A DNA stretch of 64,000 nt from sequence record OR770614.1, one strand, 5' to 3'. Under the pieces are notes generated by a model. The model did not search any database and had not been told where the DNA came from. It saw only the letters and a program-made list of their open reading frames with translations. A program made the translations under genes and the position numbers. Below, piece by piece: positions 11,001-18,371 of the stretch (within the stretch, counting starts at the first letter, position 1; every line of letters starts with the position of its first letter).

Positions 11001-11023
11001 GACTTTTAGAAGAATTAAAATAA
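5099..11023 (+). CDS. tail-associated (tape-measure-like) cell-wall hydrolase with an M23 peptidase and a degenerate OatA-like SGNH domain
   Basis: M23 motifs HWGID, YMH and HMHF (~8963-9260); SGNH-like IIGDE / QLGLNG / DGYM (~9635-10100); 11-residue G/K-rich amphipathic repeats (GKNIFGKTVKF GKGAFNKTVKF). Confidence 0.8.
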   Translation: MVKLKVMDNNKKNIKRLEKNNKSEIIKNASKNTSRILFNAFIKSNPALDSVIGSDGLNLMNKEERRIKNVSEIKSSTKNLIKSIKSSSEENDIFSEESEEISNSKPEYETVTEIIDNDDGTKSEIINVSDKKKSSLVNSPLIAFNNLATINQKGFTGTNIALRNLAISNEATSTLMNSAVSNLASIQSSIYQNTLLEENTKRGKQSKLFEIINGNISLLKYLDDKTNIENNSMISMLGGSEGLKNILMGFAKNPIELALTTGAQMGMKKLMYGSTSGYDPDDVENKGIFSRLNRKFDPNNLGSLLVSELTDDEGRLSNTLDKLKGNDNKYISNLGEALNKRIGNLKDNVLSDGTISTKNKRDKNTPVQFDRQSHTSINKAIPDLLSRLQGNLIARREGKSNGLVNNSELGSIYNYSEGTWDSRENTRKNINDKLKEKSLFNFKDTKLGKDLSDNGIEDEEIKDILLSLSKINKPVKNKDELSKHTKDINYSDIIENIFNNDISKFNIDLFNIKKSIGSEYNKIGKDDSTLMSFTDIKGLKRRNNETQSSSARVNKINEVKDYSDIEWKNDDLDELKKLFLEIESKLDDINPENISNNKDYVNDKIGKINSIIDSSSKFNLPSYLSNEKTKSVQDKLGKLSSSVNKFNDMRKDPSSILRENTNNNGNNEDHNSGIIDNNYTDNHPLMNLIKNIKGPQSNNKVDLNKEPTKSIDDLSREEKQSKARKYLENLISTAYPKQSKTMINDMNQSDDNKKLDEMKKGLSTANAAETGEDVISKLSGSSKTKVAEDLRGTLKFGSGGAAEKETGTKKLMNSMLDFSKPGTIAFAGLSATVLAKLMNGKKKKDQEKGLMGSVGTGLGFLGKAGLMLGGGAIAAKFLPKILKKFLPKGAMKMLDVVRGLPGKVKGAIGKVVDIGKNFYGKTKNLIKGIGNLGKNIFGKTVKFGKGAFNKTVKFGKGVFNTGASVVKWGAKKLPKVKSFAVKGLTKTGKFLGKGFKKASSIGKGIFSSIKNGGKKTFGFLGKAKNKLFSKGGMKAAGKFALKAGLKTALPFIPIVGPIIGAAMWAPDIIKTIKHPIESLKHPIKTLGSFFGLSKHPGDNLEAREKEEKENEDETGLGRLILSTSKMMFRSSPLFPISKVGGDMFKTITDNKMKSGPKAEEEIQENMFYDTPLGSLYQIAKGGIDFSTKGGGEIGDWFARFLVKMEEMVVAMSKMKNSSSGGDSSSSSGSSSGQLQGDEIEIDKNAPSITSQSVLNKIPDNAAGAWIKKHQFWQPFGNYQGLSFNGSSKHWGIDIGMPTGTDILAIVPGTVSNIIKDVGGGNIVEVKNGSIYTWYMHNSKITAKKGDKVGVGQKIAVSGNTGAQTTAPHMHFQVMKGRPSNETAIDPAPYVFAKVKGKGSDDDDDKSSSKGGSSKKGEKDKGGGHSLVGDMNSVSMQRQLKKKSIQDMQNRRKEIAQQKREQDKINTQINRINKQDDYKVKEKAKKVNKVFNAIKESKEKKQTGILRSSNQFNKILIIGDEITKDASNDLRIKIKGAKIEASVGKQYSGGSESGRRILQNNIDEYNRTGVAIVIQLGLNGGLSTGEISEIQNMYDKANVYFVNTYFNSNKNGTSLDLTDLMNAVNESINASAANIIDWFSKANSVLVKEDGYMPTNKGRMILVDLIKMYVNPYIGGGGSSDDKKAEEKIDKEVEKEKSKADKKDNKDEDEKGSESKVSKDEDGESSDSDSSDSSSGSGAGEYSFKNGTWYGSITGRDDRRMDEEEQEELNDRLMKRYAKIYGIDYEEAKKIDKEQQEELKAKAGKEATESGSSSGSSSSKDGDDKDSGSSASSSKDKAKENIEKAGSQISKLGNGFQLPTLENSGFSNSNKSTQNNQGNTSNNTTNNNYNQGQGSTVNNTDVKQEFVKGKNKTTNHYNKIVNNYKNSTVTNGNTDYIYDYEQYWYSDDLVKMLSNIDRNTLASTKELDRLLEELK

Positions 11024-11044
11024 AAAGAGTGGTGAGAATAAAAA

Positions 11045-14000
11045 TTGGCTAAAGATAAATTTAATAATAAGAAATTAGAAAGAGAGTTCAATAGGAACTC
11101 CTCTTCTAATTCTTCTAGAAAATACATTGATAATGAATTCAAAAAGAATTTGAATAACATGAAATCAAACAATATGAAAAAACTTATTGATAACAATAAT
11201 CCTTTAAAAGCTATCAAAGAAGTTAAAGATAATAGAAAAGAACAATTTAAGAAGTTAACTGAAACTGGGAAAGATTTATCTAAAGAAGCTCTTAAAAGTA
11301 CTAAAAGAACTTTAAAAACTGGTGAAACGATCATAGATAAAGGAGCTTTAAATAAATCATCCAATTTAGATGGCGGAACAATGGATATGGGCGATGATTT
11401 TGATTTCAGTAGCTTTGATGATTTTGATATGAGTGATGAAAATTCAGATAATGATGAAATAGGAGATTTTTCTTTCGATGATTTTGATGAAGAAGAAAGT
11501 AATAAATCTGAAGTCATTTCATCAACAACAGTAATTAATGATAATTCATCTTCAGCTAAATCTTCTGCTCTTTTAACTTCTTCTATATCTAATTTATCTC
11601 AAATTAATGCCACAGGTTTTAATAATTTAATGGAAACTCTTCATTACATGAGAGAAACTAATGATAATGTTAGAGAGAATTTATTTGAAGGATTAACAGG
11701 TTTAATCAAAACTAGTAATGATATTAGAAATAATACATCTGTAAAAAATATAAGTGAAATTAAAAATAGTAATTCTTTAGAAGATTTGTTCTTATCTAAT
11801 ATAACTCTTTCTAATATACTAAGTGGTAGTAAAGAAGATAGTTTTAAAGATAAAGCTAAAGACTTTGCTAAAAAACAAGGTATTGAATTAGTTAAAGATA
11901 TTATTGAGAGTAGGACCAAAGGCATACAAGGTGGACTTTTAGACAGTGCTAAAGGTAAAGCTTTTGATATAATAAACAGTGATAAAATTAGTGAAAAGCT
12001 AACAAATATGTCAACGGTATTTACTAAAGATGAAAATAAAGAAGATAAGAAGAAAACTAATCGTGATTTCATAGATAAACAGAAAAGCAAACTTATAGAT
12101 AAATTATTTAATAATATCGATGGTGGAATTTCAACAGCAAATAAAAAGAATAAAAATGAAAGAGTAGCTTTTGATGTTGAAACACATAGTACTATTAATA
12201 CAGTTATTCCTGGTTATTTATCTAAAATAGTTGGTTTAACTTCTGAAGATGGTCAAGAAATTCATTATGACTATGATTCAGGATCTTTTAAAACATCTAA
12301 AACTATTAATGATGAAATTAAAAAATCTATAGATAAAACTATTGAAAATTCTGAATTCTTCAAAAGAGTTGAAAGTAAAGCTAAAGATAAAAATATAGAC
12401 TCTAAAGATTATAAATCATTAGTAAAAAATATTATTAGTGAAAATGTTAATAGTTCTAAAGATAGTGATAAAGTTAAAACTAAGTCATCTAATGTAAATA
12501 GTCTTTTAGAAGAGCTATTTGAAGATAAAGAAGTAAAAACTAGTTTAACTAAAGCTAGAATGCAATTGAATCAAAAATCTAAATCAATTAGAAAAAATCT
12601 TGGTGGAAGTACTATAAATGCAGTTAATGATAAAGGTCAAAAACCTAAGTCATATGCTTCTAAAGGTAACAATGAATTTTCTGACATTAATTTTAATATT
12701 ATCAATAGCGATATAAGTGAAATTAAAAATATTGTATCTAGAATAAATGATAAACTAGATGTAAGAAAAAATAATCAACAATCTTCACAAAATAATAATA
12801 TTGTATCTGGAGATAGTCAAAAACAAGATAGTAAATTTAATGAAATTAAAGAAAAATTGGATGACATTAAAGATACTAAGTCTTCTAATTCTTCTAATAA
12901 TGGAAATAATTTAAATAATAGAGATGAACAAAAATCTACTTTGATTCCAGATAATAATGAAGCTCATGCTTCTGAAGTAAATAAACAACAAGAAGAAAAA
13001 GAAGATAATCCATTAAAAGATGAAATTAAAGATAAAATAGAAGAAAAAGCTAAAGATAAAATTAAAGATATTGATAAAGATAAACTTAAAAGAAAAGTAT
13101 TAGATAGTAAAATAGCTAATACTAAAATTGGTAAAAAAGCTATAGGTGCTGGTGGATCAGTTGCCGGTAAAGTTGCTGCTAGTGGAGCTTTGTTTTCTGG
13201 TGCTGGAAGAGAATTACGTTCTAAACTAAGAAATAAAGCTAAAGGTAAATTTGGTGCAAGTAAAGCTGGAAGTAAATTAATGAGATCTAAAGCCGGTAAA
13301 GGTATAGTTAAAGCTGGTTTGAAAGTAGGTTCAAGAGTAGGATTGGCTGCAACTGGTGTAGGGTTACCTTTATCTATATTATTGTCTGCTCCTGAAATAA
13401 TGAGTACTATAGCACATCCGATTGAATCTCTTAAACATCCAATTAAAACTTTAGGAAGTTTTATAGGTTTTAATGATCACCCTGCAAAACAGAAAAAAGA
13501 ACAAGAAAAATTAGATTCCGAACAACCTAATGGCGAAAATGCTAAATTTGGTGTTGATCCTTTAGTTGATTCTAAATTAACTGGTGATAAAGATAGTTCT
13601 TCATTAATTGGAGGTTTTATCAAAGATAATCCTCTATTAGCTCAAGTTCCGTTAATGGGATTAGCTGGAGTTGGGCTTTATAAAGGAATTGTAAAACCTG
13701 CTTTTGGTCTAGGTATGAATATGGTACAGAAAACTACTGGAATGGCTAAAGGATTTGGTGATTCTGCTGATAGCATGATGGAAGAAAAATCTAACGGTTT
13801 TGGTGGTTTAATTAAAAAAGCTGTAGGTGGAGCTTCAATGTTATTAATGGCACCTTTAGCTATGGCTGGAAAAGGAATTAGTACTATGGTTGGAGCTACT
13901 TCTAATCTTATTCAAGTTGGATTAAGTTTAACTAAAAATTTAACAGGATTCATTTATGACAAATTCCTTTCTCATGAAGAAGAAATGTCTGAGCAAAGTC

Positions 14001-16759
14001 GTGAAATGGTGGAAGCTAGTAAAGAAGAATTAGGTTCTTATCAAGAAGGTATTGAAGATCATGCATCTGAAAGAGCTAAGAAAGAAATGGCTGAAATGCA
14101 AGGAATGTCTGATAAAGCTAGTAAGGATGCTAAAAAACAAGTAGAAGATTCAACTAATAAAACTAAAGATAATATCGAGAAAGATGTTAATGGAGTAATG
14201 AAAAATTCTCCTTTATCTATCATGGGTAAAATTAGTGAAAAAATGCATAAAATGATGCCTAATAATTTAATGAGTAAACTTAAAAAAGCTCCTAAAAAAT
14301 TGGCTGAAACTATGTTAAGATTGTCTCCTTTCTATTCTTTATTAAGTAAGAAGAAAAAGAAAAAATCTAAAAAAGATATAACTGATCCTGATGGTGAAGT
14401 AGTAAACAAAATTGGTGATTGGTTTGATAAACTTGGCGGAATGATGAATGATATTATGGCAGGATTCATGGCCGGTTCATCAGGAAGTTCTTCTTCAGAA
14501 GGATCATCTGAAGGAGGAGCAGAAAGTGTTGACGGTAAAGATGTTGCATCTAAAGTATGGAATTTCTTTGCTGAAAAAGGGTTAGAAGATCATCAGATAG
14601 CAGGTATATTAGGTAACTTTGAACGTGAATCTAAAATGGATCCTGGTGCTGAACAAAACTCTGGTTGGGTCGGAGGTAAAGGACTAGCTCAATGGGATGA
14701 CCGTAAAGATAAACTTAAAGCATTTGCTGAAAAGAAAGGTAAGAAATGGTCTGACCTTGATGCTCAATTAGACTTCATGTGGTATGAACTTCAAGGATCT
14801 GAATCTGCTGCTTGGTCTGCTATTAAGAAAGCTAAGAATGTTGATGAAGCAACAGTTGTATGGGAGAATTTGTATGAACGTGCAGGAGTTAAAGTTATTC
14901 CTGAAAGACAATCAAACGCTAAAAAATGGTTAGATAAACTAGGGGGTTCATCTAAGAAATCCACTAAAGCTAAAGGTGGAGGATCTAGCACTGTTTATAG
15001 TGATACGAACGTTAATCAATTTGCAAATATGGTATCATCTACATCTAATAAAAATAAAAAAGTTGGAAAAACTGGTTTAGTTTTAGAAAAACCTACTATT
15101 ACTGGTGGAGTTTATGGTAAAGGTGGAGGATCCGGTGGATCTGAAAAAGATAAAATTAAACAAGCAGTACAATGGGCAATAGCTCAAGATGGTGCAAAAT
15201 ACTCTCAGTCAAATAGACAAGGTAAAAATTCATTTGACTGTTCTAGTTTAATTGCTCGTTCATTCAAAAAAGCTGGTTTAGAAATGGATATCAACGCTAC
15301 CACTTTTACTTTTAGAGATGGTGGTACTAAATTTAGAAAAATAAGTAAAGGTACTAAGAAAAAAATTGGTGATATTACTTTATGTGATAACGATAACCAT
15401 GTTACTATGTATATAGGTGGAGGAAAACAAGTTGAATCATATTATGGTCATGGTGTTGCTGTAACTCCTGCAAATAAATACCAAAAAATGGGATTACAAA
15501 TTGGTATTACAATGAGATATGGCGGCGGTGGTCCTGATGATACAGGTAAACCTCTAGATGGTAGTGATAAAATAGATGGAAGCGATAATGAAGGAGGAGA
15601 CTCTAACGGTTCTTCTGCTGGAGCTTCTGAATATAGTTTCAAAAATGGTACTTGGTACGGTTCTATTACTGGTAGAGATGATAACCGTATGGATGAAGAA
15701 GAACAAGAAGCTTTAAATGATAGATTAATGAAACGTTATGCTAGAATTTATGGAATTGACTATGAAGAAGCTAAGAAAATAGATGAAGAACAACAGGCTG
15801 AACTTAAAGCTAAAGCAGGTAAGGAAGCTACTGAATCTGGAGCTTCAAGTGGATCAAGTTCATCATCTGACGGTTCAGAAGGATCATCTGGTAAAGATGG
15901 TTCTGATGGAAAAGATGGTAAAGACGGTTCATCATCTTCATATAGTTCTGGAGCTGATGGTGACAATCAATCATCTTCAGGAAGTCAAGGAAATGTTAAT
16001 AATAACCAAAATAATTCTAGTATAATTAATAATGGAGGAAACAATAGCTCTACAGTTATTAATAATAATTATAATAATGGTAGACCTACAACTAATAATA
16101 ATTCCATTACAAATCAAACTATACAAGGCAACAATAATACAGTAAGAAATATCTATAATATTACTAATAATTATAATAATTCTAAAGTAAATTATGAAAA
16201 TAAAGGACCTATGAAAGTAGATCCACAAAAACGTATGGATTTAGATAATATAATTAAACATACAAGTAATATTGATAAAAATACTGCCAAAATGTTAGAA
16301 CAACTTAAAGATATGTCCTTTAAAGGTAAAAATATTAATAAAGATGGAAATACAACAAATATTTCTAATACTATTATTAATAATAAAGGCGATTTAGTAG
16401 ATTCTAAAGGTAATGTAATTATTAAAGATATTCAAAAAGAGCTTGAAAAAATTATTAAAGAAAATCCTAATATTATTAATAATGGTCAAAATGGTTCTAA
16501 TGGATCTAATGGTTCTAATGGAAATAGTAACAATAATAATGGAAATGATAATCAATCAAATCATAATAATCCTAATGATCCAAACAATTCTAATAATCCA
16601 AATAATCCTAATGATCCAAATAATCCTTATACTCCTGATGGTTCAAGTCAAGATCCATCTACAGGTAATCAGGATTTACAAGAAGCAATTAGAGATTCTT
16701 ATGGAGATAGATTTGTTATTGATGTTAGACCAGCTATACCTGTTTTCTCAGGAAAATAA
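11045..16759 (+). CDS. tail-associated (tape-measure-like) cell-wall hydrolase with phage tail lysozyme and NlpC/P60 domains; paralogue of the 5099 ORF
   Basis: Lysozyme-like IAGILGNFERES...GLAQW (~14551-14945); NlpC/P60 FDCSSL...GD...HVTMYIG (~15150-15520); shared motifs with the upstream gene; TTG start. Confidence 0.8.
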   Translation: MAKDKFNNKKLEREFNRNSSSNSSRKYIDNEFKKNLNNMKSNNMKKLIDNNNPLKAIKEVKDNRKEQFKKLTETGKDLSKEALKSTKRTLKTGETIIDKGALNKSSNLDGGTMDMGDDFDFSSFDDFDMSDENSDNDEIGDFSFDDFDEEESNKSEVISSTTVINDNSSSAKSSALLTSSISNLSQINATGFNNLMETLHYMRETNDNVRENLFEGLTGLIKTSNDIRNNTSVKNISEIKNSNSLEDLFLSNITLSNILSGSKEDSFKDKAKDFAKKQGIELVKDIIESRTKGIQGGLLDSAKGKAFDIINSDKISEKLTNMSTVFTKDENKEDKKKTNRDFIDKQKSKLIDKLFNNIDGGISTANKKNKNERVAFDVETHSTINTVIPGYLSKIVGLTSEDGQEIHYDYDSGSFKTSKTINDEIKKSIDKTIENSEFFKRVESKAKDKNIDSKDYKSLVKNIISENVNSSKDSDKVKTKSSNVNSLLEELFEDKEVKTSLTKARMQLNQKSKSIRKNLGGSTINAVNDKGQKPKSYASKGNNEFSDINFNIINSDISEIKNIVSRINDKLDVRKNNQQSSQNNNIVSGDSQKQDSKFNEIKEKLDDIKDTKSSNSSNNGNNLNNRDEQKSTLIPDNNEAHASEVNKQQEEKEDNPLKDEIKDKIEEKAKDKIKDIDKDKLKRKVLDSKIANTKIGKKAIGAGGSVAGKVAASGALFSGAGRELRSKLRNKAKGKFGASKAGSKLMRSKAGKGIVKAGLKVGSRVGLAATGVGLPLSILLSAPEIMSTIAHPIESLKHPIKTLGSFIGFNDHPAKQKKEQEKLDSEQPNGENAKFGVDPLVDSKLTGDKDSSSLIGGFIKDNPLLAQVPLMGLAGVGLYKGIVKPAFGLGMNMVQKTTGMAKGFGDSADSMMEEKSNGFGGLIKKAVGGASMLLMAPLAMAGKGISTMVGATSNLIQVGLSLTKNLTGFIYDKFLSHEEEMSEQSREMVEASKEELGSYQEGIEDHASERAKKEMAEMQGMSDKASKDAKKQVEDSTNKTKDNIEKDVNGVMKNSPLSIMGKISEKMHKMMPNNLMSKLKKAPKKLAETMLRLSPFYSLLSKKKKKKSKKDITDPDGEVVNKIGDWFDKLGGMMNDIMAGFMAGSSGSSSSEGSSEGGAESVDGKDVASKVWNFFAEKGLEDHQIAGILGNFERESKMDPGAEQNSGWVGGKGLAQWDDRKDKLKAFAEKKGKKWSDLDAQLDFMWYELQGSESAAWSAIKKAKNVDEATVVWENLYERAGVKVIPERQSNAKKWLDKLGGSSKKSTKAKGGGSSTVYSDTNVNQFANMVSSTSNKNKKVGKTGLVLEKPTITGGVYGKGGGSGGSEKDKIKQAVQWAIAQDGAKYSQSNRQGKNSFDCSSLIARSFKKAGLEMDINATTFTFRDGGTKFRKISKGTKKKIGDITLCDNDNHVTMYIGGGKQVESYYGHGVAVTPANKYQKMGLQIGITMRYGGGGPDDTGKPLDGSDKIDGSDNEGGDSNGSSAGASEYSFKNGTWYGSITGRDDNRMDEEEQEALNDRLMKRYARIYGIDYEEAKKIDEEQQAELKAKAGKEATESGASSGSSSSSDGSEGSSGKDGSDGKDGKDGSSSSYSSGADGDNQSSSGSQGNVNNNQNNSSIINNGGNNSSTVINNNYNNGRPTTNNNSITNQTIQGNNNTVRNIYNITNNYNNSKVNYENKGPMKVDPQKRMDLDNIIKHTSNIDKNTAKMLEQLKDMSFKGKNINKDGNTTNISNTIINNKGDLVDSKGNVIIKDIQKELEKIIKENPNIINNGQNGSNGSNGSNGNSNNNNGNDNQSNHNNPNDPNNSNNPNNPNDPNNPYTPDGSSQDPSTGNQDLQEAIRDSYGDRFVIDVRPAIPVFSGK

Positions 16760-16861
16760 TATTTTGATGCAACATAAATTTATAGTAAATAAATTAAATT
16801 GGGGATATGACATTTATTATGTGTCATATCCTCTTTATTATTTAAAAGGAAGTGAAATAAA

Positions 16862-18337
16862 TTGGCTGAAGAAAAAGATAAAAAAGAGTCTAAAGAACAA
16901 GAACCTTTAAAAGTTGCTGACAATGATATGGCTTTAATACCTCAAGCTGATGAGAAAAAAGGTGATTATGACTATCATGAATATGATCCTACTCAAAAAG
17001 ATACTGGTGCTTTTATGGATGCTTTAGGTAATCAAAGACAAGCAACTGAATATTTAACAGATAAAAATGCTAAAGATAAAAAACAATTAAGAAATGTTAA
17101 AGGTGAACTAGATGTATTTGGAATGCCTATGTACTATTCTAGTTTAGATGATCCTAATAGAAGAATATATAAAAGAACATTTGAATTAGATTTACCTTTA
17201 GTATTTATAATGCCAGGTATGCCTAAATTAAATGGTAAATTATTTGGTAAACCAGGAGAAGGTAAATTATGGAGTTTTGGTGAAGGAATGGATAGATTAG
17301 TAAACTCTGGTTTATCTTTAGTTGGTATCGGTAATACTAAAGATGGTCGTATGATAAGCTTTGAACCTAAAATGGCCGAATATTATAAATATGTACAGAC
17401 TATGGCTTCTCAAGTTCATGCATCAATGGGATTAAAAGGGTCATTTGATCTAGGTGGATCTTTACAAGATGATAAAAACTATGGACTAGCTTACTATGCA
17501 GATAAATCAACTAGTATATCAGAATCTGCAATGCATGAATATAATCAATCTGATATTGCTTCTCAAGTTAATAATAAAAACCAAGAAATACGAGAACAAA
17601 AAGAAATGGCTCGTATTGGAGGAGCTTCTATCTTAGGTAAAATTACTAGAACTATTAAAGATAGTATTAATGATATGGTAGCAAATATGCCAGTTATTGG
17701 TGGTATTGTAGGTAACTTTATGGAACATCTAGATGGTGCATCAATGTATTATCCCGATGTTTGGATGAACTCTACATTCGATAGAACTTATAATTTAGAA
17801 TTTAAATTCTATAGTGCTTATGGAGATCCACAATCTATATTTGACAATGTATATTTACCATTTCTTTCATTATTAGTATTAGCTTTACCTTTACAAGATT
17901 CAATATTCTCTTATAAGCAACCGTTTATTATCAGAGCTAATTGTCCTGGTAGATTTGAATGTAATACAGGTATAATAACTTCAATGAATATAGTTCGTGG
18001 AGAAGAGGGTACATGGACTGCAGATGGTTTCCCAAGAGAAATTACTGTATCTATTAATATTAGAGATATGTATCCAAACTTAATGGCTTCTAAATCATTC
18101 CAAAGAATGAAATTTAATACAGGATTATTATCTTATATTGATTGCTTAGCCGGAATTAGAAGGGATCAACTATCTATTATTGATAAAGCTCAAATTAATA
18201 TGAAAACTCAATACTCTAGAAGTATGCAAGTGATTAAAGGAAGAGTATTTCAACAACAAATTGATGATGCAATCTATGGATATAAATCCCAATATAATCC
18301 TCATCCAGGTAATCCGGGATTGAATATGTTTACTTAA
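16862..18337 (+). CDS. baseplate / tail-tube-initiator-like structural protein (T4 gp48/gp54-like C-terminus)
   Basis: C-terminal FDRTYNLEFKF...P...GIITSMNI...GFPREITVSINIRD tube-fold pattern; position after the tape-measure-like genes; AACA-N6-TA at 16771. Confidence 0.5.
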   Translation: MAEEKDKKESKEQEPLKVADNDMALIPQADEKKGDYDYHEYDPTQKDTGAFMDALGNQRQATEYLTDKNAKDKKQLRNVKGELDVFGMPMYYSSLDDPNRRIYKRTFELDLPLVFIMPGMPKLNGKLFGKPGEGKLWSFGEGMDRLVNSGLSLVGIGNTKDGRMISFEPKMAEYYKYVQTMASQVHASMGLKGSFDLGGSLQDDKNYGLAYYADKSTSISESAMHEYNQSDIASQVNNKNQEIREQKEMARIGGASILGKITRTIKDSINDMVANMPVIGGIVGNFMEHLDGASMYYPDVWMNSTFDRTYNLEFKFYSAYGDPQSIFDNVYLPFLSLLVLALPLQDSIFSYKQPFIIRANCPGRFECNTGIITSMNIVRGEEGTWTADGFPREITVSINIRDMYPNLMASKSFQRMKFNTGLLSYIDCLAGIRRDQLSIIDKAQINMKTQYSRSMQVIKGRVFQQQIDDAIYGYKSQYNPHPGNPGLNMFT

Positions 18338-18371
18338 TTTAAAATTAACATAACTGAAAGGAATTAAAATT

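Noticed and set aside
10316-15865. Near-identical 237-nt tracts as a DGR template/variable repeat pair
   Set aside because: The differences are mostly synonymous and not adenine-specific, both copies are in frame within genes, and no reverse transcriptase is in the window.
16480-16630. Short tandem repeats (AATGGTTCT, AATCCTAATGAT)
   Set aside because: They encode an in-frame Asn/Gly/Pro low-complexity tail, with no sign of phase variation.
3590-17000. Antisense or alternative-frame ORFs (e.g. 3590-4057, 7852-8307, 10912-11517, 11644-12090, 16443-16910)
   Set aside because: They are shadows of strongly biased Lys/Glu/Ser/Asn-rich codons in the real genes, with no RBS and low-complexity Leu/Ser/Phe products.
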